A stretch of 64,000 nucleotides of DNA from an uncultured Eubacteriales bacterium. Its GTDB lineage: Bacteria; Bacillota; Clostridia; Christensenellales; CAG-138. Below the pieces are notes generated by a model. The model was not told where the DNA came from. It did not search any database and worked only from the letters and a program-made list of their open reading frames with translations. Position 1 is the stretch's first letter. Every line of letters begins with the position of its first letter. Below are positions 18,242 to 26,978 of this stretch, one piece after another. The stretch spans positions 2,485 to 66,484 of the forward strand of contig CADBRR010000126.1 in NCBI GenBank assembly GCA_902797145.1, written 5' to 3'. A program made the position numbers and the translations under genes.

Positions 18242-20071
18242 TTATTCTTCTTTCATGCTTCTTGCTGCCTGCTTCATTCTCGCTTCTTTAGTAAGCAAAC
18301 GCTTTCTCATTCTAATTGATTTAGGCGTAACTTCAACGAGTTCATCATCGGCAATAAATTCAAGGCACTGTTCAAGGCTAAGAATTGTAGGCGGAGTGAG
18401 CCTCAAAGCTTCATCAGAACCAGCCGCACGCATATTTGTAACGTGCTTTTTCTTGCATACATTAACAACGATATCTTCGTTTCTGCTGCATTCGCCGCAA
18501 ATCTGACCTTCGTAAACAGGAACGCCCGGTCCTATGAACATTCTGCCTCTGTCCTGAGTATTGAAAATACCATAGCCTGAAGTTTCGCCCGTTTCATGAA
18601 CAACGAGTGAACCCCTTGTTCTTTCTTCAATGTCGCCCTTGTATTCCTCATAGCCATGGAATATGTGGTTCATAACGCCATTGCCCCTTGTTGCTGTGAG
18701 CAATTCGCTTCTGTAACCCATAAGACCTCTTGCCGGGATAAGGAAAATAAGCCTTGTGCTTGTTTCATTTTCCGTTATCATATCAACAAGCTCTGCTTTC
18801 CTTGTGCCAAGTCCTTCCATAACGCTGCCAACATATTCTGTCGGAACGTCAATTGTGAGTTCTTCGATAGGTTCAAGGAGTTTTCCGTCTTTATCAGTCT
18901 TCATAATAACCTTAGGTCTTGAAACTGCAAATTCATAGTCCTGCCTGCGCATTGTTTCAATAAGGATTGAAAGGTGAAGTTCGCCACGGCCGCTAACCTT
19001 GAACATATCTGTTGACTGAGTATCCTCAACACGCATAGAAACGTTTGTTTCAACTTCCTTGTAAAGTCTTTCACGAAGATTTCTTGATGTTACATACTTG
19101 CCTTCCCTGCCAGCGAACGGACTATCGTTTACCATAAACATCATGCTTACAGTAGGTTCGTCAATCTTTATGAAAGGAAGTGGTTCAACGCATTCTGTAT
19201 CACAAGCTGTTTCACCAACTGAAATATCAGTTATGCCTGCAACTGCGATAATATCGCCTGCTTCGCATTCTTCTGTTTCAACACGCTTTAAGCCTTCGTA
19301 ATGATAAAGCCTTGAAAGCTTTGCAGTTCTCTGCGCATTGTCGCCGCCACACATTACAACCTGCTGATTCCTCTTTGCTGTACCTCTAATAATTCTGCCG
19401 ATACCAATTCTGCCAACATAATCATCATAATCAATAGTCGAGAAAAGAATCTGAAGCGGTTCGTTTGAATCGCCTGACGGAGCAGGAACAGTCTTAATAA
19501 TAGTATCAAATACAGGCTGCATATCGTTTCCCATATCCTTGTAATCATAGCCTGAATAACCATCTCTTGCCGACGCATATACTATCGGGAAATCAATCTG
19601 GTCATCAGTTGCGCCAAGTTCAAGGAACAATTCGAGCGTTTCATCAACAACTTCATCGGGTCTTGCACCGGGTCTGTCAATCTTGTTTATGACAACGATA
19701 GGTATTTTTTTGAGTTCGAGCGCCTTCCTCAAAACGAATCTTGTCTGAGGCATACAGCCTTCAAACGCATCAACGAGCAAAAGAACGCCATCAACCATCT
19801 GCAAAATACGTTCAACTTCACCGCCGAAATCAGCATGGCCGGGAGTATCTACGATATTAATTCTGTAACCCTTGTAGTTTACAGCTGTGTTCTTTGAAAG
19901 GATAGTTATTCCTCTTTCCCTTTCAATATCGTTTGAGTCCATAACTCTTTCCTGAACCTGTTCATTTTCCCTGAATACACCGCTCTGACGAAGAAGCTGG
20001 TCAACGAGTGTTGTCTTGCCATGGTCTACGTGTGCGATTATCGCTATATTCCTTATCTTATCGTTTGCCAT
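18242..20071 (-). CDS. typA: Translational GTPase TypA/BipA
   Basis: ORF 18242..20089, trimmed to [25 protein letters not shown]-motifs [12 protein letters not shown] and NKID. Full BipA-length C-terminal domain. Confidence 0.92.
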   Translation of the reverse strand: MANDKIRNIAIIAHVDHGKTTLVDQLLRQSGVFRENEQVQERVMDSNDIERERGITILSKNTAVNYKGYRINIVDTPGHADFGGEVERILQMVDGVLLLVDAFEGCMPQTRFVLRKALELKKIPIVVINKIDRPGARPDEVVDETLELFLELGATDDQIDFPIVYASARDGYSGYDYKDMGNDMQPVFDTIIKTVPAPSGDSNEPLQILFSTIDYDDYVGRIGIGRIIRGTAKRNQQVVMCGGDNAQRTAKLSRLYHYEGLKRVETEECEAGDIIAVAGITDISVGETACDTECVEPLPFIKIDEPTVSMMFMVNDSPFAGREGKYVTSRNLRERLYKEVETNVSMRVEDTQSTDMFKVSGRGELHLSILIETMRRQDYEFAVSRPKVIMKTDKDGKLLEPIEELTIDVPTEYVGSVMEGLGTRKAELVDMITENETSTRLIFLIPARGLMGYRSELLTATRGNGVMNHIFHGYEEYKGDIEERTRGSLVVHETGETSGYGIFNTQDRGRMFIGPGVPVYEGQICGECSRNEDIVVNVCKKKHVTNMRAAGSDEALRLTPPTILSLEQCLEFIADDELVEVTPKSIRMRKRLLTKEARMKQAARSMKEE

Positions 20072-20207
20072 ATATATAAATCCTTTCACCTAATATTTCA
20101 TTACAACAACAAAATATTATAACTCTTTTTCGCCCTAATTGCAATACTTTTTCTTACATTATTTGCAGAAAATAAAACTAACATTTTATTAACTTGACCT
20201 CAAACCC

Positions 20208-20236
20208 TTGACTATGAGGTATAAATATGCTAAAAT
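20208..20236 (+). promoter_or_regulatory. Putative sigmaA promoter of thiolase gene
   Basis: TTGACT (20208) - 17 nt - TAAAAT (20231). Confidence 0.45.
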
Positions 20237-20269
20237 TTAAGAGTATATATAGATGAATGGAGCAAAATT

Positions 20270-21457
20270 ATGAATAGAGAAGTTGTTATTTCAAGTGCAG
20301 TAAGGACGCCGGTCGGCAAGTTCTGCGGTTCACTTATGGGATATGATTTAGGCGAGCTTGGTTCATTAGTTATTAAAGAAGCTATAAATCGTGCAAAAAT
20401 CAATCCAGCAGATGTAGATGAAGTAATAATGGGCTGTGTTCTTCAAGCAGGGCTTAAACAGAACATAGCAAGGACAGCATCAAGGCTTTCGGGAATACCG
20501 ATTGAAAGACCTGCAACAACGATAAATATGATTTGTGGTTCAGGATTAAAGTCGGTTGCAATGGGCGCAAGCCTTATAAAAGCAGGCGATGCAGATGTTG
20601 TCGTATGCGGTGGTATGGAAATTATGAGCAACGCTCCGTTCCTGCTCAAACAGGCAAGAACGGGATATAGAATGGGCAATGGCGAGCTTGTGGACTCTAT
20701 GATTTCTGACGGACTTACAGATTCCCTGCTCGATATTCATATGGGTGTTACAGCAGAGAACATTGCTGAAAAATACGGAATTAGTCGTGAAGAGCAAGAC
20801 GCGTTCGCCGCATGGAGCCAGCAGAAATGCGAAAAGGCACAGGCAGAAAACAGGTTTGCTGACGAAATAGTCCCGGTAGAGATTAAAACGAAAAAATCGA
20901 CATTTATATTCGATAAAGACGAACAGCCTCGCCAAGGCGTAACAAGCGAGAGCATATCGCATTTAAAGTGTGCATTTAAAAAGCATGGTACTGTTACAGC
21001 AGGAAATGCTTCAGGCATAAATGACGGCGCAGCGTGCATAATTCTTATGAGCCGTGAAAAGGCGTTGGAGCTTAACGCAAACATAATGGCAAGCATAGTT
21101 TCATATGCAACAGTAGGCGTAGACCCTGCATATATGGGATTAGGTCCAATAGCAAGCACGAGGAAAGCGCTTGAAAAAGCATCGCTGACTATCGACGATA
21201 TCGACCTTATTGAGGCAAACGAAGCGTTCGCTTCGCAGTCTATTCAGGTCGCACGTGAACTCGGTTTTGAAAACAGCGATAAGCTCAATGTAAACGGTGG
21301 CGCTATTGCGCTTGGGCATCCGATAGGCGCATCAGGCGCAAGAATCCTTACAACGCTTTTGTATGAAATGAAGAAGCGTGAAAGCAGACTTGGTCTTGCA
21401 ACACTCTGCGTTGGCGGCGGTATGGGCGTTAGCGTAATTGTTAAAAATGAGAAATAA
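20270..21457 (+). CDS. thlA: Acetyl-CoA C-acetyltransferase (thiolase II)
   Basis: 395 aa. Active-site Cys region INMICGSGLKSV, C-terminal NVNGGAIALGHPIGASGARIL and CVGGGMG. Confidence 0.9.
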   Translation: MNREVVISSAVRTPVGKFCGSLMGYDLGELGSLVIKEAINRAKINPADVDEVIMGCVLQAGLKQNIARTASRLSGIPIERPATTINMICGSGLKSVAMGASLIKAGDADVVVCGGMEIMSNAPFLLKQARTGYRMGNGELVDSMISDGLTDSLLDIHMGVTAENIAEKYGISREEQDAFAAWSQQKCEKAQAENRFADEIVPVEIKTKKSTFIFDKDEQPRQGVTSESISHLKCAFKKHGTVTAGNASGINDGAACIILMSREKALELNANIMASIVSYATVGVDPAYMGLGPIASTRKALEKASLTIDDIDLIEANEAFASQSIQVARELGFENSDKLNVNGGAIALGHPIGASGARILTTLLYEMKKRESRLGLATLCVGGGMGVSVIVKNEK

Positions 21458-21489
21458 TTAAAAATAACTAAAAATTACCAGAATAAATA

Positions 21490-21530
21490 ACCTCCTGTTT
21501 TTCAATAATAATAACAAAAAAACAGGAGGT
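21490..21530 (+). promoter_or_regulatory. 13-bp perfect hairpin sequestering the SD of the DUF1540 gene (may double as thiolase terminator)
   Basis: ACCTCCTGTTTTT (21490..21502) pairs with AAAAACAGGAGGT (21518..21530). AGGAGG 21524..21529 is the SD for ATG 21539. Confidence 0.5.
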
Positions 21531-21538
21531 ATTTGATT

Positions 21539-21721
21539 ATGAAAGACACAAAAATCGGTTATCAGACAATAGGTTGTTCCGTAACAAGCTGCCGTTATAA
21601 CAAAGAAGGCACAAACTGCGATTTGAACAGAATCGAAGTAAAGCCCATGAACAATTATGACGGTTCGCATAGCGGAGACCCTGCTGAAGAAAGTCTTTGC
21701 GGAAGCTACTGCAAGATATAA
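21539..21721 (+). CDS. DUF1540-like small cysteine-rich protein
   Basis: 60 aa. CSVTSCRYNKEGTNCDLNRIEV plus CGSYC, the pattern of DUF1540 proteins of Firmicutes. Confidence 0.65.
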   Translation: MKDTKIGYQTIGCSVTSCRYNKEGTNCDLNRIEVKPMNNYDGSHSGDPAEESLCGSYCKI

Positions 21722-21728
21722 CGAAAAT

Positions 21729-21756
21729 AAGGCGAACGACCTTGGCCGTTCGCCTT
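21729..21756. terminator. Bidirectional terminator / palindromic element copy A
   Basis: AAGGCGAACG-ACCTTGGC-CGTTCGCCTT followed by ATTTAT. A near-identical inverted copy lies at 22745..22768. Confidence 0.7.
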
Positions 21757-21763
21757 ATTTATA

Positions 21764-22645
21764 TTATTTAATATAGCTTAAATCTGCCCATTGCGATTTA
21801 TTAAGCCATCTCAACTCATATGTTGACGTATCATCTTTGGCAAATTCAACTATCTGCTGTTTTGTAAACATACCCTCAATGGAGCAGCTTTTGCCATACA
21901 TATGCACATCATAACCCATCTTTCTCAATCGTTCAACCTGCTCCATACATAAGCTTTTAAACTTTGCGTTCCTGTCCTCAATATATTCGTTATAAGTGTT
22001 TGAATATTCTGTCGCAACGCTCAAAAACTCATCTTTTAAATCGCTATTTTCGTCAAGCCATTTTTCAATGAAATAGAATCCGCCAATATTTTCCGCATAA
22101 AATGACTTAATATCTCCGTTAAATTCAGCAAATTCGTTCTTGGGAGAATAGTTTTCAACGAGCTTTTTCATATTCTCGTCCATATTCATATATTGTCCAC
22201 TATACCAATTATTGTAATCATTCTCTGCCCTGATTATAATATCGCTGTTTCGCAATTCGTTCAAATTCTTATACGAAGAATAATCGCCTGCGCCATCACG
22301 ATATTCAGCCATTTTATCAAAGCTTAATTCTATTGCAAAGCGGTCGTTTTCATTTCCTGAATTTATAAACGCTTCATCGTTTGTAAGTGTCATATCAACA
22401 AAAACTTTTCCCTGAAACTCCTCGCTCATTGCATTTAGTGACGCATTTTCGGGCGCAAACATCAGGTTTATATTATTAGCCTTATCAGGTTCATTTTCTT
22501 GCTGATTTTCGTTTTCTATAACTTCAACGCTTTTCTGCTCCATCTTGCTTGCTTTATTGCTGCCCTTAACAATAAAATATTCGGCTACGCAAATTAGGAT
22601 AATGCCAAGAATCGCCAAACTCCATTTAATCGCCTTCGTTTTCAT
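21764..22645 (-). CDS. Hypothetical membrane-anchored protein
   Basis: 293 aa. N-terminal TM (WSLAILGIILICVAEYFIV), acidic/Asn-rich ectodomain. No family recognised. Confidence 0.55.
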   Translation of the reverse strand: MKTKAIKWSLAILGIILICVAEYFIVKGSNKASKMEQKSVEVIENENQQENEPDKANNINLMFAPENASLNAMSEEFQGKVFVDMTLTNDEAFINSGNENDRFAIELSFDKMAEYRDGAGDYSSYKNLNELRNSDIIIRAENDYNNWYSGQYMNMDENMKKLVENYSPKNEFAEFNGDIKSFYAENIGGFYFIEKWLDENSDLKDEFLSVATEYSNTYNEYIEDRNAKFKSLCMEQVERLRKMGYDVHMYGKSCSIEGMFTKQQIVEFAKDDTSTYELRWLNKSQWADLSYIK

Positions 22646-22679
22646 ACTTATTCTCCTTTACCCTATGCCCTCTTGCGTT

Positions 22680-22708
22680 ATTATAATATACAATTCACTA
22701 TATGTCAA
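22680..22708 (-). promoter_or_regulatory. Consensus sigmaA promoter of the 293-aa gene
   Basis: Minus strand TTGACA (22708..22703) - 17 nt - TATAAT (22685..22680). Confidence 0.5.
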
Positions 22709-22744
22709 TATATTTACATAAAACAAACATATAATTATGACAAC

Positions 22745-22768
22745 AGCGAACGGTCAAGGTCGTTCGCC
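22745..22768. repeat. Palindromic element copy B (overlaps HAD gene stop)
   Basis: AGCGAACGGTCAAGGTCGTTCGCC equals the reverse complement of 21731..21754 with 2 mismatches in 24 nt. Confidence 0.8.
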
Positions 22769-23515
22769 ATTTACATATTCAGAAACAACTTCAAGCACAA
22801 ATTCGGAAAAATCAGCTTTATTGCAAACAAGGATATTTTTGTTTTTAACCATATTTGCCAGATTTTCGTCGGGAACAAGTGCCACATCGCAAACGGAGAG
22901 CATAGACGCATCAACTTTACTATCGCCTGCGCAGATTACTTTATCATATTTTGTATTGCAAAAATCGAGGACTCGCAAAACGCTCCTGCCCTTTGAAAAT
23001 TCTTCAGGCACAACGTAAATTTTCCTGCCGCTTGTCATAACAGGAAGTTTCGTTTTTCGCTTGACCGCCTCGAATATAAACTGAACATCGTCCTTCTCCC
23101 TACAATGCAGGAACAAGTACATATCATCGACCAGCCTTGCACTTTTTATATGCTCATTATCAGCAAATTCATTTAAAAGCTTTATAAGCACAGATTTATA
23201 TCCTGAAACAATTTTTTCGGATTCAGCTTTCCAGCAATCGTTTATAACATCGTTTTCAATCAAAAGCGAACCATTGCTGACAAGCGCATATTTAGCATTG
23301 CAAGGAAGCTTTAACCGCCTATAAAGCTCCGTTGAGCGTGACGAAACAAGCAAAACATCAACCTTTAAATCACGAAGCATTATAAATGCTTTTTCGCTCA
23401 TAAATGCCTGTTCAAAGTCGCCTTTCCATTCAATGCAGACATCACCGTCACGCTTATGCTTGAACGAATGTATAAGCGTATTGTCAATATCGCTTACAAA
23501 TAAAATTTTACTCAT
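22754..23515 (-). CDS. HAD-superfamily phosphatase (Ter-cluster associated)
   Basis: 253 aa. Motif I FVSDIDNTLIHS (DxDxT), motif IV-like CAGDSKVDASM. Starts 14 nt after the StiP-like gene. Confidence 0.8.
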   Translation of the reverse strand: MSKILFVSDIDNTLIHSFKHKRDGDVCIEWKGDFEQAFMSEKAFIMLRDLKVDVLLVSSRSTELYRRLKLPCNAKYALVSNGSLLIENDVINDCWKAESEKIVSGYKSVLIKLLNEFADNEHIKSARLVDDMYLFLHCREKDDVQFIFEAVKRKTKLPVMTSGRKIYVVPEEFSKGRSVLRVLDFCNTKYDKVICAGDSKVDASMLSVCDVALVPDENLANMVKNKNILVCNKADFSEFVLEVVSEYVNGERP

Positions 23516-23529
23516 ACACCTATATTACT

Positions 23530-24588
23530 TTATACATCAGCAATATTTCTGATAATACCGCAGGCTCTGTAATTTTCAAGCGGATATTCAATAACATCGA
23601 CATTTTTTTCGAGCGCAAGGCGGTAAATATGCGCAAGATGCTCGTTATCATCGAGGCTTCTAACAAGAATTTTCCACGGAACTCGCCTTAACAAAACCCT
23701 TGTCGTTTCGCCAATGCTCGGTTTAACAAGATTTATATCTGAAATTCCAAACTCCTTGCAAATCTTCTTGACCTCATCAATGCCGCCTCGATTAAATACT
23801 TTTTTGTCTTCAAAAACCGCCTTTTCAGGGAACTTTGCCTCAATTGCGTTAATAAATTCATAAGTCTTATCTTTATCTTTAAGATTCTTATAAAACGCAA
23901 CACCGTGGAAATCATCATCACCAATCAAGTCGTCACGAAGAAACGTTCTGCTCAAAAGCCCCGAAACGGTAGAATTTAAGCACGAACTCGGAATAAGGAA
24001 ATCATCATGCGTTCCACAAATCCCGGCGACGAACGCTGGGTCAGACAAAACAGCAACCCTGTCATCAACTCCGCAATAATCCTTCATCGCCTCTTTTAGC
24101 TGATTTTGAATAGCACCCTTGCCCGTCCAGCCGTCAACGAACTGTATATCCTCAGCCCTATGCCTGTTAAGAATATAGCGCATAGCGTTTTTATCAATAC
24201 CCTTGCCCCTGATTATTGATATAGTGTAGTGTTCAGGCGAAATTGAATAACGCTTTATCATATAACGCTTAATCAAAACGCCAATCGGAGTGCCTGCCCT
24301 TGCAAGCGATACGAGCACGACGCACCTACCCTTTTTATCAAATATCTTTTCGCTAACCGCTGCAACAGCGTTGGCAGTTAGCTTAGAATAGCTTTCAAGG
24401 GCATTTTCGTACGCTTCAAGATATTCCTTGCTCGGCTCGTATTCAAGCGGAAGCATTTGCGAATAATGAACTCCGCTTTGTATGAGTTTTTCCCTTTCCT
24501 TTGTGGGAATAGGTTCAACAAACCCCGTAATATCTTTGAGCAATATTGTTACATCTTCACTTTTAAATGTTCCAACCGCCTGCGTCAT
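23530..24588 (-). CDS. PRTase_1 + PELOTA-like protein ('cysteine protease StiP' family annotation)
   Basis: 352 aa. EREKLIQSGVHYSQMLPLEYEPS, VLVSLARAGTPIGVL, SIIRGKGID, FVDGWTGKGAI. These strings are characteristic of Ter-associated PRTase_1 proteins. Confidence 0.7.
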   Translation of the reverse strand: MTQAVGTFKSEDVTILLKDITGFVEPIPTKEREKLIQSGVHYSQMLPLEYEPSKEYLEAYENALESYSKLTANAVAAVSEKIFDKKGRCVVLVSLARAGTPIGVLIKRYMIKRYSISPEHYTISIIRGKGIDKNAMRYILNRHRAEDIQFVDGWTGKGAIQNQLKEAMKDYCGVDDRVAVLSDPAFVAGICGTHDDFLIPSSCLNSTVSGLLSRTFLRDDLIGDDDFHGVAFYKNLKDKDKTYEFINAIEAKFPEKAVFEDKKVFNRGGIDEVKKICKEFGISDINLVKPSIGETTRVLLRRVPWKILVRSLDDNEHLAHIYRLALEKNVDVIEYPLENYRACGIIRNIADV

Positions 24589-25711
24589 AATATTCTTTCT
24601 TCCTTTTTATGCAAATAAAGTTATTGCATCCATTTTCCTTTACTGCGCAAGCAATATCGTAAACGGGCAAAACATTTTCTGCGTCTGAATCTGTCATAAC
24701 GATTACTGCATCGTAAGAAGCTATATTATATATATATGTTTTTCTGTCCACATCATAAAAGCTATGGAGCGAATATCCTGAATTTATCGGATAATTTTCC
24801 CTGCTCGAAATTCCAATCGGGCTTCTTGTCGTTGCATGGAAATATACATCATAATTTCCGCTACTCTCAATTTTCTCCGCAAGATAAAGCGGTTCTATCA
24901 TATATTCCTCTGTTCCAAGCACGAGTATTTTCCCCGAATTTGGCAAAAAACTCACAATGTCATTATATAAACGCTTTATTTCGGAATCCCAGAAATTATT
25001 ATATTTTCCTACTTCAATACCTTTTCGGGCATCAAGTTCTGTTTTTGAGATGTAAATAAATCTCATGTTGGGAACATTTTTTAAATCAGGCTTTTTAGGC
25101 TCTGTAATTCTCAAACCTTTGCATTCTTCTTCAAAATCACGATTTTCTATCCTTACAAGGTATATAAACTCAATGTTTTCTTGCTTAAACTCCTCTATCT
25201 TTTCATCCGTTAATCTGTTAATTATTGATGCTACAACAAACCTTTTACTTCTTGCATATGCAAATTTGCTTCTTATTTTTGTAATAATGTTCTTTATAGT
25301 GTTGCCTGTTGAAATTTCATCTTCTGCAATAACTATATCATTTGTATCGTTAATGTAACGGTTAAGATTTTTCGTATACAATTTTTGACCCGGAGCATGA
25401 CTGTGCTCTTCCTTGAACTCAATATAATCCGTTATATCTTCCCTTGTTGTCGTTAAATAAATGCAATTATTACCGAACTTTTTTGCGCATACTGCCCCTA
25501 TTGCAGTTGCTGTTTCTGCAAAACCAATAACGAGCTTTGTTTTTACATTGCTTTGTGCAACCTTGTCCGCAAGCGCATTCATCATTTCAAGCGCTTGGCT
25601 CGGCTTTACACTCATGTGCTTGCCCTGAAGTGGATTTACAAGCAAGTATTTCCTTTTGTTATTATTATATCTTTTTGCTACACGCAATACATCATTTTCA
25701 CTATATATCAT
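24563..25711 (-). CDS. PRTase_2 + TRSP-domain phosphoribosyltransferase-like protein
   Basis: 382 aa. NNKRKYLLVNPLQGKHMSVKP, GFAETATAIG, IVIAEDEISTGNT (PRPP-loop-like). Overlaps the next gene by 26 nt. Confidence 0.7.
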   Translation of the reverse strand: MIYSENDVLRVAKRYNNNKRKYLLVNPLQGKHMSVKPSQALEMMNALADKVAQSNVKTKLVIGFAETATAIGAVCAKKFGNNCIYLTTTREDITDYIEFKEEHSHAPGQKLYTKNLNRYINDTNDIVIAEDEISTGNTIKNIITKIRSKFAYARSKRFVVASIINRLTDEKIEEFKQENIEFIYLVRIENRDFEEECKGLRITEPKKPDLKNVPNMRFIYISKTELDARKGIEVGKYNNFWDSEIKRLYNDIVSFLPNSGKILVLGTEEYMIEPLYLAEKIESSGNYDVYFHATTRSPIGISSRENYPINSGYSLHSFYDVDRKTYIYNIASYDAVIVMTDSDAENVLPVYDIACAVKENGCNNFICIKRKKEYYDAGGWNI

Positions 25712-25730
25712 CTTTCACCTATTATCCCTG

Positions 25731-26297
25731 TCAAACAACATTTACGCCATAGCCCTCACACAGGCTTTTAAGTGTATCCCTATATCCTGAACCCACAAGG
25801 TTCATTTTCCATTCGCCCTTGAATCTGTATATTTCAAGCGCAACGATAGTTTTTACTCCGTTAAGGTCTGTCAGGTCAAATCTATACTTTTCCCTGCCCT
25901 CTGACAAAACTTTTATCTTCGGTTCTTTTGTAAGCGAGAAATTATTTGTGAGCGCATCGCCATATACAGAATAGCACACCGCAAGCCGTTCTATCTGCTG
26001 CGGTACATTTTTAAGCTCGATATAAACTATATCCTTATCCATACGTATATCATTGCCCGACTGATTTTCATTGCCGAAAAATATTATATCATCGTCATTT
26101 CTGACCTTTCCGTTATTCATCAGTCTAAATACGTATCCGTCAATATCCGCATCGAGTCGCCTGAAAGCATCAGAATATTCAATCGCTATCGTTTTGCCCG
26201 AAATTGCATTAAGCGAAATCCTTTGCCCACGCAAAAGCTTTATAACATCCTTGTTTTCATAACTTATTTCACTTACAGGAAGTTCGTTTACAGACAT
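25731..26297 (-). CDS. Divergent TerD-domain protein (degenerate Ca2+-site motifs)
   Basis: 188 aa. Shares the TerD C-terminal signature IYRFKGEWKMNLVGSGY. Has GNENQSGNDIRMD where paralogs have [13 protein letters not shown]. Confidence 0.7.
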   Translation of the reverse strand: MSVNELPVSEISYENKDVIKLLRGQRISLNAISGKTIAIEYSDAFRRLDADIDGYVFRLMNNGKVRNDDDIIFFGNENQSGNDIRMDKDIVYIELKNVPQQIERLAVCYSVYGDALTNNFSLTKEPKIKVLSEGREKYRFDLTDLNGVKTIVALEIYRFKGEWKMNLVGSGYRDTLKSLCEGYGVNVV

Positions 26298-26327
26298 ACA
26301 AAATCACCTCTCGCACAAATCATAAAC

Positions 26328-26357
26328 AGGCGGAGGCAAATTTTAACCCCTCCGCCT
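26328..26357 (-). terminator. Intra-operon hairpin (possible attenuator) between terD-2 and terD-3
   Basis: Perfect 9-bp stem AGGCGGAGG/CCTCCGCCT. On the minus strand it is followed by GTTTATGATTTG. Confidence 0.45.
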
Positions 26358-26366
26358 AAAAGAGCA

Positions 26367-26957
26367 TTAATAGAATCTCTTAGCAAGCTCACTTATGCTG
26401 TTATCATGTGTTGGCTGGCCTATTGCCGAGAACTTCCACGTTCCGTTATAACGGTAAATCTCTCCGAATACCATTGCTGTCATACCATCATAGTTTTCTG
26501 AAAGATTATACTTGCAAAGCTCCTTGTAATTGTCGCCATCGCAAATTCTTATAAACGCATTCTGAATAAGTCCGAAATGCTGTTTACGCTGTGCAGCCTG
26601 ATATATATTTACAACGAATATTATCTTGTCATATTCAGCGGGCAAGTTATCAAGGTCAACACAAATCTGTTCATCATCGCCATCACCTGCGCCTGTAAGG
26701 TTATCGCCCATATGTATAACAGTTCCTGTCTTATGCCTGAGGTTGCCGAAATAAACTATATCCTCTGTTGCAACTATTTTGCCGCCCTTGCAAAGAAATG
26801 CTGATGCATCACAATCTATATCCTGTGGCTTAGGACCGAAAAGACTTCTCTTTCTTTCTACTTCGTCCCAACCAAGACCTACCATTGCCTTATGAAGTGA
26901 ACCGCCGTTTTCCTTACGCAGTTCAACTTTTTGTCCTTTTTGCAAATTAACTGCCAT
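26367..26957 (-). CDS. TerD-family stress protein (copy 2)
   Basis: 196 aa. [49 protein letters not shown]. Confidence 0.85.
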   Translation of the reverse strand: MAVNLQKGQKVELRKENGGSLHKAMVGLGWDEVERKRSLFGPKPQDIDCDASAFLCKGGKIVATEDIVYFGNLRHKTGTVIHMGDNLTGAGDGDDEQICVDLDNLPAEYDKIIFVVNIYQAAQRKQHFGLIQNAFIRICDGDNYKELCKYNLSENYDGMTAMVFGEIYRYNGTWKFSAIGQPTHDNSISELAKRFY

Positions 26958-26978
26958 ATTTATCCTCCTTGATAAACA

